A stretch of DNA of 64,000 nucleotides from Candidatus Latescibacterota bacterium. GTDB taxonomy: Bacteria; Latescibacterota; UBA2968. The stretch's first letter is position 1. Each line of letters begins with the position of its first letter. The DNA lies in contig OZ242195.1 in the NCBI GenBank assembly GCA_965205975.1, forward strand, positions 1,888,001-1,952,000, written 5' to 3'. This document shows, piece by piece, positions 10,664 to 20,775 of this stretch. Position numbers and translations under genes: made by a program. The notes under the pieces were generated by a model. That model had not been told where the DNA came from and made no database searches. It worked only from the letters and a program-made list of their open reading frames with translations.

Positions 10664-11038
10664 GTGGCATTCACAATTACTAAGACCGTTCGCCCAAACG
10701 CCGTGTGGCAAGAAATGTACCTCCAGATACAAAAAGACCAGCGCGTAATTATCACTGCAGAGGGCCTCTGGTCTCCCGAGATGCGTCCGCTTACAATTGT
10801 CTGGTGTGGCCCCGATGGCATTGAAGGGCGTCCCGCCAATGATCAATATCTCTTGCCCGGCACAAATGTGGGGGCACTCGTTGGGCGCATTGCCGACAGT
10901 CCCATTCTTTCGGTGGGCAATTATTTCGATTTCTATTCGCCCTACGAAGGCCCGCTATTTCTCGCCATGAACGAAAATCCCGAATACCACAGCCAGGCCG
11001 GTTCCCTCCACGCTCAAATCATCTTGTTTGACCTGTGA
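10664..11038 (+). CDS. Small beta-rich protein, LecA/PA-IL lectin-like
   Basis: 'I.AEGLW..CGPDG...GALVGRI...VGN...G.LFLAMNE....GSL' resembles the PA-IL-like fold; GAGGAG RBS. Confidence 0.5.
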   Translation: MAFTITKTVRPNAVWQEMYLQIQKDQRVIITAEGLWSPEMRPLTIVWCGPDGIEGRPANDQYLLPGTNVGALVGRIADSPILSVGNYFDFYSPYEGPLFLAMNENPEYHSQAGSLHAQIILFDL

Positions 11039-11817
11039 AACTAATCCGATTTTTTGCCCGAGAATACGCCCTTTCTGGGCTGTTTATCATCCTGCTACTC
11101 GGCTTGTGGGAAGTGATCGTGCGAAGTCTCGACATCGCCGCATTTATTCTTCCCCCACCCTCTCAAATCCTGTCTAAATTTGCCGCATCCCATCGCCTCC
11201 TGCTCTCTCATGGTCTCGTCACACTCACCGCAGCCCTCGGCGGCTTTTTTACAGGCGCGTCATCGGGGCTATTGTGCGCCATAGCAATGGCCCGTTCCCG
11301 CCTGATCGAACGAATGCTCTATCCGCTGGTCATCTCTACCCAGACCTTCCCCAAAGAGGCACTGGCTCCTGTCTTTGTCATCTGGTTTGGATTTGGCCTT
11401 TTGCCCAAAGTGATTATTGCGGGCCTCATTTCTTTTTTTCCAGTTGTGATCAACACCACGCGCGGTCTCTTATCCGTTGACAAATCCATCCTCGACTTGA
11501 TGCGTTCGCTCTCGGCCAGCCAACGACAAATTTTTTTTAAAGTGCGCTTGCCCAATGCCATTCCCTATCTTTTTGCCGCCCTCAAAATGTGCATCACGCT
11601 CAGTGTGATTGGCGCTGTAGTCGGCGAATTTGTCGGCTCCAGTGCGGGTCTGGGCCACCTCATTCGCCTCGCCAATTCAGAACTCGCCACTGATTTGATG
11701 TTTGCCGCCCTGCTCGCACTCGGGTGTATGGGCACGGGCCTGTTTTTGCTCGTTGACGGCCTCGAAAAAACAGCCCTGCGCCGTTGGGGCGGCGCCGTTG
11801 AAACCATAGGTCGCTAA
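11035..11817 (+). CDS. ABC transporter permease (nitrate/sulfonate/pyrimidine type)
   Basis: 'FILPPPSQI', 'FFPVVINT', 'KVRLPNAIP', 'GAVVGEFVGSSAGLG'. Confidence 0.9.
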   Translation: MKLIRFFAREYALSGLFIILLLGLWEVIVRSLDIAAFILPPPSQILSKFAASHRLLLSHGLVTLTAALGGFFTGASSGLLCAIAMARSRLIERMLYPLVISTQTFPKEALAPVFVIWFGFGLLPKVIIAGLISFFPVVINTTRGLLSVDKSILDLMRSLSASQRQIFFKVRLPNAIPYLFAALKMCITLSVIGAVVGEFVGSSAGLGHLIRLANSELATDLMFAALLALGCMGTGLFLLVDGLEKTALRRWGGAVETIGR

Positions 11818-11830
11818 AAGGAGTATTCCC

Positions 11831-12796
11831 ATGAAAAAAATATTCATCGCTCTTGCCCTCACACTCATCACTCTGTCTTGTACGAGTACAGACAAAACAC
11901 AGGTGCAGTTCATTCTCGACTGGAAAGCGCAGATGGAACACGCGGGCTTTTTTGTCGCCAAACAAAAGGGGTTTTATGAACAAGAGGGACTTGAGGTTGA
12001 AATTCTCGAAGGCAGTGGTGCCCCCACTTCAGCCCGCGTCGTGGGCAATGGCACCTACAAACTCGGCGTAGCCAGCGGATCGGCAACTGTTATGGCGAGA
12101 GTGCGCAACATTCCCATTGTATCGCTCGCCGTAATCAATCAGCAAACCCCGGTAGTCGTTTATTCACTCGTAGAAAAAAATATCACAACACCGCAGGACC
12201 TGATCGGCAAAAGCATCGGCGTCAATATCGGCGGCACAAAACACCGCGAATTTCAAGCCTTCTTGCGCCAACAAAATATCTCTGAAGAAGACATACAACT
12301 CATGGGCATGAGCGAAGCCAGCCCAGCACCGCTCCTCGCAGGTCAAGTCGATGCTATGCTCGGATATACCGAAGACCAGCCCGTCACAGTTGAACTCCAG
12401 GGCCACGCGGTCAATCGCCTTGCCCTATCGGATTACGGCATCGATGTATATAGCACTAATATCATTGCCAACGAGTCTTTTCTCAAAGAAAATCCCAACC
12501 TGATCAAACGCTTTTTGCGGGCGAGCCTGCGCGGATGGCAACACGCTGTCGATCATCCCGAAGATGCGGTAGCAGCCTACATGGCCGCGCGTCCCGAAAG
12601 CGACGAGGCCTTCAATCGCGCCAATTTCAAATATCTAATCCCCCTGTTGCAGAGCACCGACACCCAACAACAGGGCCTGGGTGCCCAAACAGAAGCAAAA
12701 TGGCAACAAACACAGGATATCCTCCACAGCCTGGGCATGATCGACCAAAAAGTCGATCTCAACCTGCTCTTCACCACGACATTTATGCCTGAGTGA
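11831..12796 (+). CDS. ABC substrate-binding lipoprotein (NMT1/THI5-like)
   Basis: Lipobox 'TLSC'; 'LDW....H.GFFVA..KGFYEQEGLEV'. Confidence 0.88.
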   Translation: MKKIFIALALTLITLSCTSTDKTQVQFILDWKAQMEHAGFFVAKQKGFYEQEGLEVEILEGSGAPTSARVVGNGTYKLGVASGSATVMARVRNIPIVSLAVINQQTPVVVYSLVEKNITTPQDLIGKSIGVNIGGTKHREFQAFLRQQNISEEDIQLMGMSEASPAPLLAGQVDAMLGYTEDQPVTVELQGHAVNRLALSDYGIDVYSTNIIANESFLKENPNLIKRFLRASLRGWQHAVDHPEDAVAAYMAARPESDEAFNRANFKYLIPLLQSTDTQQQGLGAQTEAKWQQTQDILHSLGMIDQKVDLNLLFTTTFMPE

Positions 12797-14180
12797 AGTC
12801 GGGAGCTAACCGCACACCAACCGCTTGCTCATAAGCATACGCCAGACGCAAAATTTGAGCCTCGTCATAAGGCTTGCCTATAATCTGCAAACCGATGGGC
12901 AAATTCTCATCGGACCATCCACACGGAACCGACACCGCGCACAAACCCAAAAAATTGACCAGCCGCGTTGTCAACCTGACGGGCGCGACATCCACATCTG
13001 TGATATGCGGTGCAACCGTCAACATCGTCGGACAAATCACGGCATCCACATCTCGCAGGGTCTCGCGGGCCGAGATTCGCAACTGCTCGCGCCGCTGCAA
13101 AACCGCTGCATAATCTGGCGCAGAAAAAGACGCGCCATGTGCTATCCGCGTTCGAATGCGCGGATCCATCATCTCGCCCTGCCTGGCAATCAAATCCCCA
13201 TGGCACGCATACCCTTCCACGCACATAATCATCGAACTGCCGCGCCCCTCGAGCTCCTCGTCTAATTCCTCCCGCGCTTCGGAAAAGTACATCTCCCTCA
13301 CATCAACCCCCAAATCACACAAAACCCCTGCCGCGGCTTCTACCGAAGCGATAACCTCAGCATCTGCCCCATCGCAAAACGGATCGCGCACAAACCCGGC
13401 GCGCAACCCCTTCACATCTCGCTTTAATCCGCGAACCACATCTACCAGCGGCTGATTTAACGTCACCGGATCAGCCGCATCAGGCCCCGCAATCGCTTCA
13501 AATACCAGCGCGGCATCTTCCACAGACCGCGTCAAAGGTCCCATGCTATCCAGCGTCCACGAAAGCGGCATCGCGCCAGCGCGGCTCACCCGTTCCAGCG
13601 TAGGCTTGAGACCCACAACACCGCAAAACGACGCCGGGATCCGAATAGAACCGCCCGTATCTGTCCCCATCGCAACAGGTGCCAGCCCTGCCGCCACGGC
13701 CACCCCCGACCCACTGCTCGACCCACCCGGCACGCGTTCTGATCCCCAGGGATTGGGCGGTGTACCGTAATGGGGATTCAAACCATAAGGCCCAAATGCG
13801 AGTTCTACCATATTGGTCTTACCCATCAACACGGCACCCGCCTGCGAAAGGCGCTTTGCGACAGTTGCCGAATCCTCCGGTACAAAAGTATCCCATATTT
13901 TCGCACCCGAAGTCGTGCGAATACCCGCCGTGTGAAACAAATCTTTAAGCGCGATTGGAATGCCGTGCAAAGGCCCCAAATCCGATCCCGACCGCAACAT
14001 CGCCTCCGCCGCCTGTGCCTCGGCGCGCGCGCGTTCTGCCGTAACTGTAATAAACGCCTTTGTCCGATCGCCGTATTCGTCAATGCGATTGAGCAGCGCA
14101 TCCACCACCTCAACCGGCGATACATCGCCCACCCGATAGCGCGCGCCCAATTCCGATAGGGATGCAAAATGTATATCCAC
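12783..14180 (-). CDS. Amidase signature family protein
   Basis: 'LHGIPIALKD', 'GGSSSGS', 'GTDTGGSIRIPASFCG'. Confidence 0.92.
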   Translation of the reverse strand: MDIHFASLSELGARYRVGDVSPVEVVDALLNRIDEYGDRTKAFITVTAERARAEAQAAEAMLRSGSDLGPLHGIPIALKDLFHTAGIRTTSGAKIWDTFVPEDSATVAKRLSQAGAVLMGKTNMVELAFGPYGLNPHYGTPPNPWGSERVPGGSSSGSGVAVAAGLAPVAMGTDTGGSIRIPASFCGVVGLKPTLERVSRAGAMPLSWTLDSMGPLTRSVEDAALVFEAIAGPDAADPVTLNQPLVDVVRGLKRDVKGLRAGFVRDPFCDGADAEVIASVEAAAGVLCDLGVDVREMYFSEAREELDEELEGRGSSMIMCVEGYACHGDLIARQGEMMDPRIRTRIAHGASFSAPDYAAVLQRREQLRISARETLRDVDAVICPTMLTVAPHITDVDVAPVRLTTRLVNFLGLCAVSVPCGWSDENLPIGLQIIGKPYDEAQILRLAYAYEQAVGVRLAPDFTQA

Positions 14181-14182
14181 AG

Positions 14183-15223
14183 TCAGACATCCTCCCCTGG
14201 CGACCACGTCACCCGTCCGGCAACCATGTCATCTAACAACACAAGCTCCCCACCGCGTTCTGCCGACGCATTGGCCCCCAGTACAGCCGCCAGACTGTTC
14301 AGCGCATCGCCATACGAACTCCGCATCGCGGTTCTGTCTCCCTTGCGTATCGCATCGACAAATGCCTCTGCCTGAAACGCAAATGCATTGGGACGATTAT
14401 CCCACGCCGCGACTTCTTCACCATTCGACACGACATTTTGCGCCGACCACTCCAAAAGCGCGTCGTCGGCAACCACCGTCACATTGCGCCGCGCATAATT
14501 CACATTGGTCAACACCCGCGAAGTTGTCGCATTGGCAACCACGCCGCTCTTAAATCGATAATTCACATTATAGGCATAAGGCATATTGATCGGCTCTGGA
14601 CCATCACCTGCCGCGCGGTAAAAATAAAACGCCGATACCGCCTCAATATCGCCCAGGAAAAAACGCAATAGATCGATCATGTGAATGGTATTTTCCACAT
14701 ACGATCCCCCACACAGGGCCATGCGACTCGTCCAGTATCGGATATGCCGCCCGCTGTAAAACAACTGCACCAGTGCGTGTCGCGGAATCCGCGTTTCGAG
14801 CATCGCCTTCATATATTCAGCAGAAGGATAATAGCGACTCATGAATCCCACCTGGGAAACAATACCCGTCCTATCAATCGCCTCGCCAAATGCTACAGCC
14901 TGAGCCATATCTAAACTTTGCGGTTTCTCCACAAAAAGGGCGATCCCCTTTTCTGCTGCGATCAACTCCGCATCCGTATGCAAGGTCGGAGGCAAACACA
15001 CATAAACCCCGTCCAATTCCTCCTTGTCAAACATCTCGCGGTGATCCGTATAAACAGATTTCGCGCCCCAAATTTTTGCCTGATCAGACACAACGCCCTG
15101 ATCCACATCGCAAAATGCCTGCAACACCACCTCGCCCTTTTCAACCAATTGGTATAGGGCAGGCAAATGTGCATTCTGTGGAATATGACCCAATCCGATC
15201 ATACCCATGCGAACGGGTTGCAT
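14183..15223 (-). CDS. Gfo/Idh/MocA family oxidoreductase
   Basis: 'IGLG.I', 'FVEKP', 'IHMIDL'. Confidence 0.88.
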   Translation of the reverse strand: MQPVRMGMIGLGHIPQNAHLPALYQLVEKGEVVLQAFCDVDQGVVSDQAKIWGAKSVYTDHREMFDKEELDGVYVCLPPTLHTDAELIAAEKGIALFVEKPQSLDMAQAVAFGEAIDRTGIVSQVGFMSRYYPSAEYMKAMLETRIPRHALVQLFYSGRHIRYWTSRMALCGGSYVENTIHMIDLLRFFLGDIEAVSAFYFYRAAGDGPEPINMPYAYNVNYRFKSGVVANATTSRVLTNVNYARRNVTVVADDALLEWSAQNVVSNGEEVAAWDNRPNAFAFQAEAFVDAIRKGDRTAMRSSYGDALNSLAAVLGANASAERGGELVLLDDMVAGRVTWSPGEDV

Positions 15224-15226
15224 ATA

Positions 15227-16123
15227 CTAACCCCCCTCAATTTCTGCAATCAATTCTCCGGATAATTGCTTGCCATCCGACACACGCACACAATCCTCTA
15301 ACTCATCAATATCCGATACCCCACACAACAACATCGACACCCGATTGTCCGACAACAAATAGCGCAAAGCCGTGCGCGTCATAGGTTCATTTACACCTTC
15401 AACTATTTTCTCCACTCGCATTAAATTGTCATACAAATCGGCAAATCGCTCCTGTGCCATCCACTGCCCCCTTTTTGAGCCCAACAACCCCGCGTGCAAT
15501 GGCGAAGCACAAATCACAGCAACGCCTTCTGCTGCTGCCGTGGGAATCAACTCCTCGGTTGCTTCTCGCGTCAGCAAATCGTACTTGCAAAACGTAATCA
15601 CCGAAACAAAAACATCGGTCTCTTTGAGCACCCGAGACATCAAACCCAGATCAGAACCCGTCAGCCCAATATAATCACAGATTCCCTGAGACTGTATCTC
15701 CAACAACGCTTCTATAGTTCGACCCGCATCAAACAACCCGGGCCACCCGGCTTTTTCGGCCTCATGCACCTGCAAAAGATGAACATGATCGCGCTTTAAC
15801 CGCTTCAAACTCGCATCGAGACCGCGCCACACTGCATCGCGTGTATAATCAAACGGCTCGGGATAATATCCCACTTTTGTCGCCAGATAATACGGCTCAC
15901 GCACCCCTGACAGCGCGACACCCAGCACCTCTTCGCTGCGACCGCGTCCGTAAAGCGGTGCCGTATCGAAATAATTTACACCCAATTCCAGCGCCCGTTC
16001 CACCACCGCTACGCCATGCGACATCGGTTTTAGCCCCATCTCGGGACGCCCGTAGAACCAAGACCCGCCAAGCCCTATCTCGCTGACCTCCCATCCCGTT
16101 TTACCAAATATTCTGTATTCCAT
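15227..16123 (-). CDS. Aldo/keto reductase
   Basis: 'GKTGWEVSEIGLG', 'FDTAPLYG', 'ATKVG', 'SLKRL'; start set at MEYR because the longer ORF overlaps the upstream gene. Confidence 0.9.
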   Translation of the reverse strand: MEYRIFGKTGWEVSEIGLGGSWFYGRPEMGLKPMSHGVAVVERALELGVNYFDTAPLYGRGRSEEVLGVALSGVREPYYLATKVGYYPEPFDYTRDAVWRGLDASLKRLKRDHVHLLQVHEAEKAGWPGLFDAGRTIEALLEIQSQGICDYIGLTGSDLGLMSRVLKETDVFVSVITFCKYDLLTREATEELIPTAAAEGVAVICASPLHAGLLGSKRGQWMAQERFADLYDNLMRVEKIVEGVNEPMTRTALRYLLSDNRVSMLLCGVSDIDELEDCVRVSDGKQLSGELIAEIEGG

Positions 16124-16128
16124 TTTAA

Positions 16129-16803
16129 TTACCGATACCATCGACTCAATGTGATATCCGACACGGAACACGCATAGAGGAGGCGCAACACCCACATCTC
16201 TACCACAGTGCGAACAAAGCCCCACTTGCGCCACCGCCGCGTGGAACTGCATACCTGTGCATTGAGCATCACAAATTTTCCCACACGCACTACACGCGCG
16301 CAAAACTCGGAATCTTCAAACAACTGCAAGGATGGAAATCCCCCCACACCTTCAAACGTATCGCGCCGAACATAAATACCCTGATCGCCATAAGTAATCC
16401 CCAAATACCGGGACCGCAAAGTGCTCAAAAACGCAACCAATCGAAAACCAATCGTCTTCTCCGACAACCCGAGTTGAAACCGCCCGCCCACCACACCGGG
16501 TACGCGCAACGAGTCGCGTATCAACATCATCCCCTCAGAGGGTAAAAACGTATCGGCGTGTAAAAACAAAAACACATCGCCCATCGCCTGTTCTGCTCCG
16601 GCATTCATCTGCATCGCCCGTTCTGCTCTCTCTGCCTGAACCCATTGCACCCCACTACGCGCCTCAACCACTTGTTGCGTGCCATCTATACTCCCTCCAT
16701 CTACCACAATCAGTTCCACATCCTCAACACCGCAAAACTGTGCCAGGCATGCGCCGATAACAGCCTCTTCATTTAGAACGGGAATAATCACACTAATCTG
16801 CAC
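16129..16803 (-). CDS. GT2 glycosyltransferase, TIGR04283-like
   Basis: 'ISVIIPVLNE', 'QMNAGA', 'FLHADT', 'YGDQG', 'FED', 'SSTRRW'. Confidence 0.85.
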   Translation of the reverse strand: MQISVIIPVLNEEAVIGACLAQFCGVEDVELIVVDGGSIDGTQQVVEARSGVQWVQAERAERAMQMNAGAEQAMGDVFLFLHADTFLPSEGMMLIRDSLRVPGVVGGRFQLGLSEKTIGFRLVAFLSTLRSRYLGITYGDQGIYVRRDTFEGVGGFPSLQLFEDSEFCARVVRVGKFVMLNAQVCSSTRRWRKWGFVRTVVEMWVLRLLYACSVSDITLSRWYR

Positions 16804-16813
16804 ACCAACTCCG

Positions 16814-17356
16814 CTATTTTTTTATTATATCAAAAAACTGCCGCCCATAACTAATCAGCGAAACAACGAGACATGCAACACTCAGACCAATCAGCGCGGG
16901 TTTGAGCACATCGGCATCCCACAAATAGGCCAAAAGCAACCCACTCAGCACCAGCGTTGTGACCTTGCCCCAAAAATTGGAAGGCAACAACACATCATGT
17001 CGCCTGACCAGATACATCCCCGCAAAAAAAATCACCACATCGCGCATCAAAACAACCAGAACCAGCCATACGGGTAAATCTTTAAACACAACCATGGCAA
17101 TTGTAATTGCCCCAACAGCCACCTTATCGGCCAGAGGGTCGAGAATCTTCCCCCACTGTGAAATTTCACCCCACCTGCGCGCGAGCCACCCATCTACCCA
17201 ATCGCTGACAATCATCACCACCACCACGCCGAATGCTTCCCATACATAATTCGGGCCCAATGAAATAAGCCACACAGCGGGCAGGATCAGCACCGCGCGC
17301 AACAAACTAACGGCATTTGACAGCGTCCAAAACCGACCGCGTTCAGCAGTTCCCAT
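16814..17356 (-). CDS. CDP-alcohol phosphatidyltransferase family protein
   Basis: 'SDWVDGWLARR...GKILDPLADK' signature. Confidence 0.9.
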   Translation of the reverse strand: MGTAERGRFWTLSNAVSLLRAVLILPAVWLISLGPNYVWEAFGVVVVMIVSDWVDGWLARRWGEISQWGKILDPLADKVAVGAITIAMVVFKDLPVWLVLVVLMRDVVIFFAGMYLVRRHDVLLPSNFWGKVTTLVLSGLLLAYLWDADVLKPALIGLSVACLVVSLISYGRQFFDIIKK

Positions 17357-17364
17357 TCAATACC

Positions 17365-18096
17365 TCACGACAACATCAATTTCAGACCAATTCCCAGTAC
17401 CAGAACCAGCACACAGCGGTTAAACCACACAGGGGACAATCGCCGGTTCAAAAACAAACCGACCGCAGCCCCCAGGAACAAAGCTGGCAACATCCACACA
17501 TCCATCATCAAACTCTGGAAATTGATCAATCCCAAAAAAACATAAGGCGTCAACTTCAAAAGATTCAAAGCAATGCCAAAAATCCACGCCGTGCCTACAA
17601 ACGTACGCCCGACCAGACCCTGCGGCAACAAGTACAACATCAAAATCACGCCACCTGCAGAAACCAATGTGGAAACCACCCCCAAAGTCACACCAACGCC
17701 AAAACGCATCCACGGTCCCGGCGGTTTCACATTCGCCAGCACCCGGTCCCTCAGAGCCTGTAGCACTGCAAAAATGCATGCCAGAGCGCCTAACATACGC
17801 CGAAACCAGACCTCTGGCACAATATCCAGAATACCAGCGCCAATCAAAATACCCAGCACCATGCCGGGCATCAATGCTTTGACGTGATCGCCAACCCAAT
17901 GCCCCCAGTAGTACCGCGCACTGATCACATCGGTTGCCAACGACAGCGGCAAAACAAGCCCCAATGCGGACTTCGCAGGCACGGCAAGCGCGAGAACCGG
18001 CACAGCCACCACACCAATGCCTCCGCCAAATCCCGCGCGCATCACGCCAATCAAAAAACCGCCAACCCCCAACACGACAAAATCAATTATGTCCAT
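17365..18096 (-). CDS. Sulfite exporter TauE/SafE family membrane protein
   Basis: 'GFGGG.G...VP', duplicated multi-TM architecture. Confidence 0.8.
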   Translation of the reverse strand: MDIIDFVVLGVGGFLIGVMRAGFGGGIGVVAVPVLALAVPAKSALGLVLPLSLATDVISARYYWGHWVGDHVKALMPGMVLGILIGAGILDIVPEVWFRRMLGALACIFAVLQALRDRVLANVKPPGPWMRFGVGVTLGVVSTLVSAGGVILMLYLLPQGLVGRTFVGTAWIFGIALNLLKLTPYVFLGLINFQSLMMDVWMLPALFLGAAVGLFLNRRLSPVWFNRCVLVLVLGIGLKLMLS

Positions 18097-18904
18097 CAGC
18101 GGTTACCTTCACACTTCCTTGCCATATCTCAAACGCATTCGCCGCAGGCCCCACTATAAACAGCGCGTAAAACGGCGCGTAAATCGCTTCATTCAAGCGC
18201 AAAATCATCTCGACAAAAGCCACCAGAAACGCGACAAAACACTGCCCCTTTCGCGTGAACACAGTCGTTTTGGGATCTGTAATCATAAAAAAAATGAACA
18301 ACTGATACATCGGTCCTGTAATCGGCGCAATACTCGTCAAATACGCCTGCCCGGTAAACAAGCAGCGAATAAGAGCAAAAGCCAAAAACGAAATAACATA
18401 TACCGCGCAGATATGAAACCGCCGCAATCGCCAGAGCGCGGCACTCCCCAGAACCCAGATAATTACCATTACCGATAGAGTATTGCCCCACTGGATACTC
18501 AACCCCGCCACCACTTCAGGAGCGAGAAACAGCATAATACTCACTCCAAAATTGGACGGATTCCACAAATGCCTGCCGCGCCATCGCAACACATACTTAG
18601 ATGCAATAGACAACACACTACACAACACATAAGGCCAAAACAAAGGCGAGCGGATTAAAATGCCCACACTGATCCCGGTAATATACGCACTGACCAGCCC
18701 CGGCCAAACACCCCACGTCAACCGCCCCAATACAAATTCCGCCAGCACGCTGCTCAGGATAGCTGTCAGCGTCTGCCCCAAACTCTCCAAAAAGCCAAAA
18801 GTAACCTGTCCTCCAATCAAAATGCACGTAATCAATGCCGGCGACAGATAACGGCTCTGCAACCCCGTCCAGACCGACTTCCAGAACCCGCTCGCTCGAT
18901 CCAT
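18083..18904 (-). CDS. UnbU-like / RnfD-NqrB-like membrane protein
   Basis: 'SKYVLR..GRHLWNPSNFG', 'FFMITDPKT'. Confidence 0.7.
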   Translation of the reverse strand: MDRASGFWKSVWTGLQSRYLSPALITCILIGGQVTFGFLESLGQTLTAILSSVLAEFVLGRLTWGVWPGLVSAYITGISVGILIRSPLFWPYVLCSVLSIASKYVLRWRGRHLWNPSNFGVSIMLFLAPEVVAGLSIQWGNTLSVMVIIWVLGSAALWRLRRFHICAVYVISFLAFALIRCLFTGQAYLTSIAPITGPMYQLFIFFMITDPKTTVFTRKGQCFVAFLVAFVEMILRLNEAIYAPFYALFIVGPAANAFEIWQGSVKVTADGHN

Positions 18905-18946
18905 TACAATTCTCTCTGTACACGGCAATTGTACATTGTTCCGTCT

Positions 18947-18984
18947 ATGAACTGGCCTGAGAATCGGCCAGTTGTACATCGCTC
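18947..18984. repeat. REP-like palindromic element, family A copy 1
   Basis: ATGAACTGGCCTGAGAATCGGCCAGTTGTACATCGCTC; 35/38 identical to 32234-32271. Confidence 0.75.
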
Positions 18985-18987
18985 CGT

Positions 18988-20775
18988 CTATTCGTCTATC
19001 CGATGCACCCGCCGCACATCGGGCGCGTAAAACATCTGCATATGTCCCGACGGCCAGCGTATTGCAACGCTATCAACCGCCGCACCCTCACCTAAACCAA
19101 AATGCAGCGGGCGTTGATTCTGCGCGGCATATCCACTCCCGCTCGACACCTCCTGCACCTGCACCTCGCCATTCCAAAATACCCGCACCCGCGCCCCAAT
19201 CGCACTGCGATTGCTCTGCTGCCCAAATAGCTCGAACCCAATCCAGTTCGCCTCTACCCGCACTGTATTGCGGTATAAAAGAAGCGGTCCCCGCTGATTG
19301 GCCACCACCACATCCAGCGCCCCCCGATTCCACAAATCTACCAGCGCCACAGCCCGCCCGTCGAATCGGTCCTGCACACCTACCGCCTGTGCCACCTCGA
19401 CAAATTGCCCCACCCCGTCGTTCACCCAAACGCGCTTGGTCTGATGACCAGCCAGACTTCTGCCCCGCATCGGAGGCCAATTTTTTGCATCTGAAATAAT
19501 CGCGCTATGCCCGCCCGCCACCTGAGAAAAATCGTACCAGTAATTCCCACTTCCCTCTGCCGAAATATATCCATTGGTCAAAACGATATCCAGCGCCCCA
19601 TCGTTGTTCAAATCTCCGAACTGCGCGCCAAAACTCCACCCACCCAGATCCACGCCCATCGCCCCGGCCAGATTTTCAAACCGCAAGGCCTCATCTCCCA
19701 TGGGCACCCACAAATTATTTCCCTGAATAAGAACACCAGCCTGGGAAATATTGGTCTCGTAAATTGCCAGATCTCCTCGATTCAGCACATCGCCAAATGC
19801 GGCATTCATACCGCTCTTCGGTTGGCGTCCCACCCCGGTTTGCTCTCCTGTCTCGACAAACCGCTTTCCACCCTCGTTCACATATAACTCGGATATCCCG
19901 TAATCATTGGACAAAAACAGATCGGGAAATCCAGAGCCGTTCAAGTCCGCCGCACCCACCGCCAGTGTCCACCTTCTGCTCGTGATTCCGACCTGTATAG
20001 TCACATCTTCAAATGTCCCATCGCCCGAGTTCCTCAGCAAGTACTTTCGCCCCCCATTATTCGCATATTCAAAACTCTCCGGCATCATCCGAGTGGTCTC
20101 CAAATCCCACAAATCCAGGGACTCGGACCAGTAACCCGCCACAAAAATATCCAGATACCCATCGCAGTCGTAATCTACCCAAATCGCACTCCCGGCATTG
20201 ATCCACCCGGGCAAACCCGCTATTTCTGTCACGCGCTCAAACACCTTCCCCTCGCGATTGCGAAATAACTCGGGCTGGCCCCATTTATACAAAAACAAAT
20301 CTTCGAACCCATCGTTGTCGTAATCGCCCCACACAGACCCCATACTCACACCCGCCCTGTTCACATCTGCCACGCCCATTGTCTCAGCCACATCTTCAAA
20401 ACCCATCTTCCCCAAATTTCGATACAACCGATTCAAACTGCCCTTGCGACTACTGGTCACATACAAATCCTGCCATCCATCCCGGTCGTAATCCACCACC
20501 GACACCGCCGCACCCATCGACGCGATAATCGGCATAATATGATCCAGCTTTGCATCCAGCACAGGCGCTTCATGTACAAAATCGATCCCCACCTGTTTTC
20601 CAACTTCCTCCAGATGGAATCCATATCGTTCAGAGCCAGTGCCACTCACTTTCCCCACCTGCCATCCCCCCCACTTCATCGCGACCAGCACCACCAGCAA
20701 TAGTCCAAAAAACAGCACTACCAGAATCCGCACAACGCGATTGGGATGCCTCTCCTCTATCCCGCTGTCTTTCAT
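18988..20775 (-). CDS. CRTAC1/ASPIC-UnbV family FG-GAP protein
   Basis: Repeated DxDxDG FG-GAP motifs; C-terminal 'AIGARV...SGSGY..Q...LHFGLG...IRWPSG'. Confidence 0.88.
   Translation of the reverse strand: MKDSGIEERHPNRVVRILVVLFFGLLLVVLVAMKWGGWQVGKVSGTGSERYGFHLEEVGKQVGIDFVHEAPVLDAKLDHIMPIIASMGAAVSVVDYDRDGWQDLYVTSSRKGSLNRLYRNLGKMGFEDVAETMGVADVNRAGVSMGSVWGDYDNDGFEDLFLYKWGQPELFRNREGKVFERVTEIAGLPGWINAGSAIWVDYDCDGYLDIFVAGYWSESLDLWDLETTRMMPESFEYANNGGRKYLLRNSGDGTFEDVTIQVGITSRRWTLAVGAADLNGSGFPDLFLSNDYGISELYVNEGGKRFVETGEQTGVGRQPKSGMNAAFGDVLNRGDLAIYETNISQAGVLIQGNNLWVPMGDEALRFENLAGAMGVDLGGWSFGAQFGDLNNDGALDIVLTNGYISAEGSGNYWYDFSQVAGGHSAIISDAKNWPPMRGRSLAGHQTKRVWVNDGVGQFVEVAQAVGVQDRFDGRAVALVDLWNRGALDVVVANQRGPLLLYRNTVRVEANWIGFELFGQQSNRSAIGARVRVFWNGEVQVQEVSSGSGYAAQNQRPLHFGLGEGAAVDSVAIRWPSGHMQMFYAPDVRRVHRIDE

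Noticed and set aside
12783..14180. gatA
   Set aside because: Generic amidase signature only; no gatB/gatC adjacent.
18083..18904. Rnf/Nqr respiratory complex subunit
   Set aside because: No other rnf/nqr genes are present; the context is UnbV-like.
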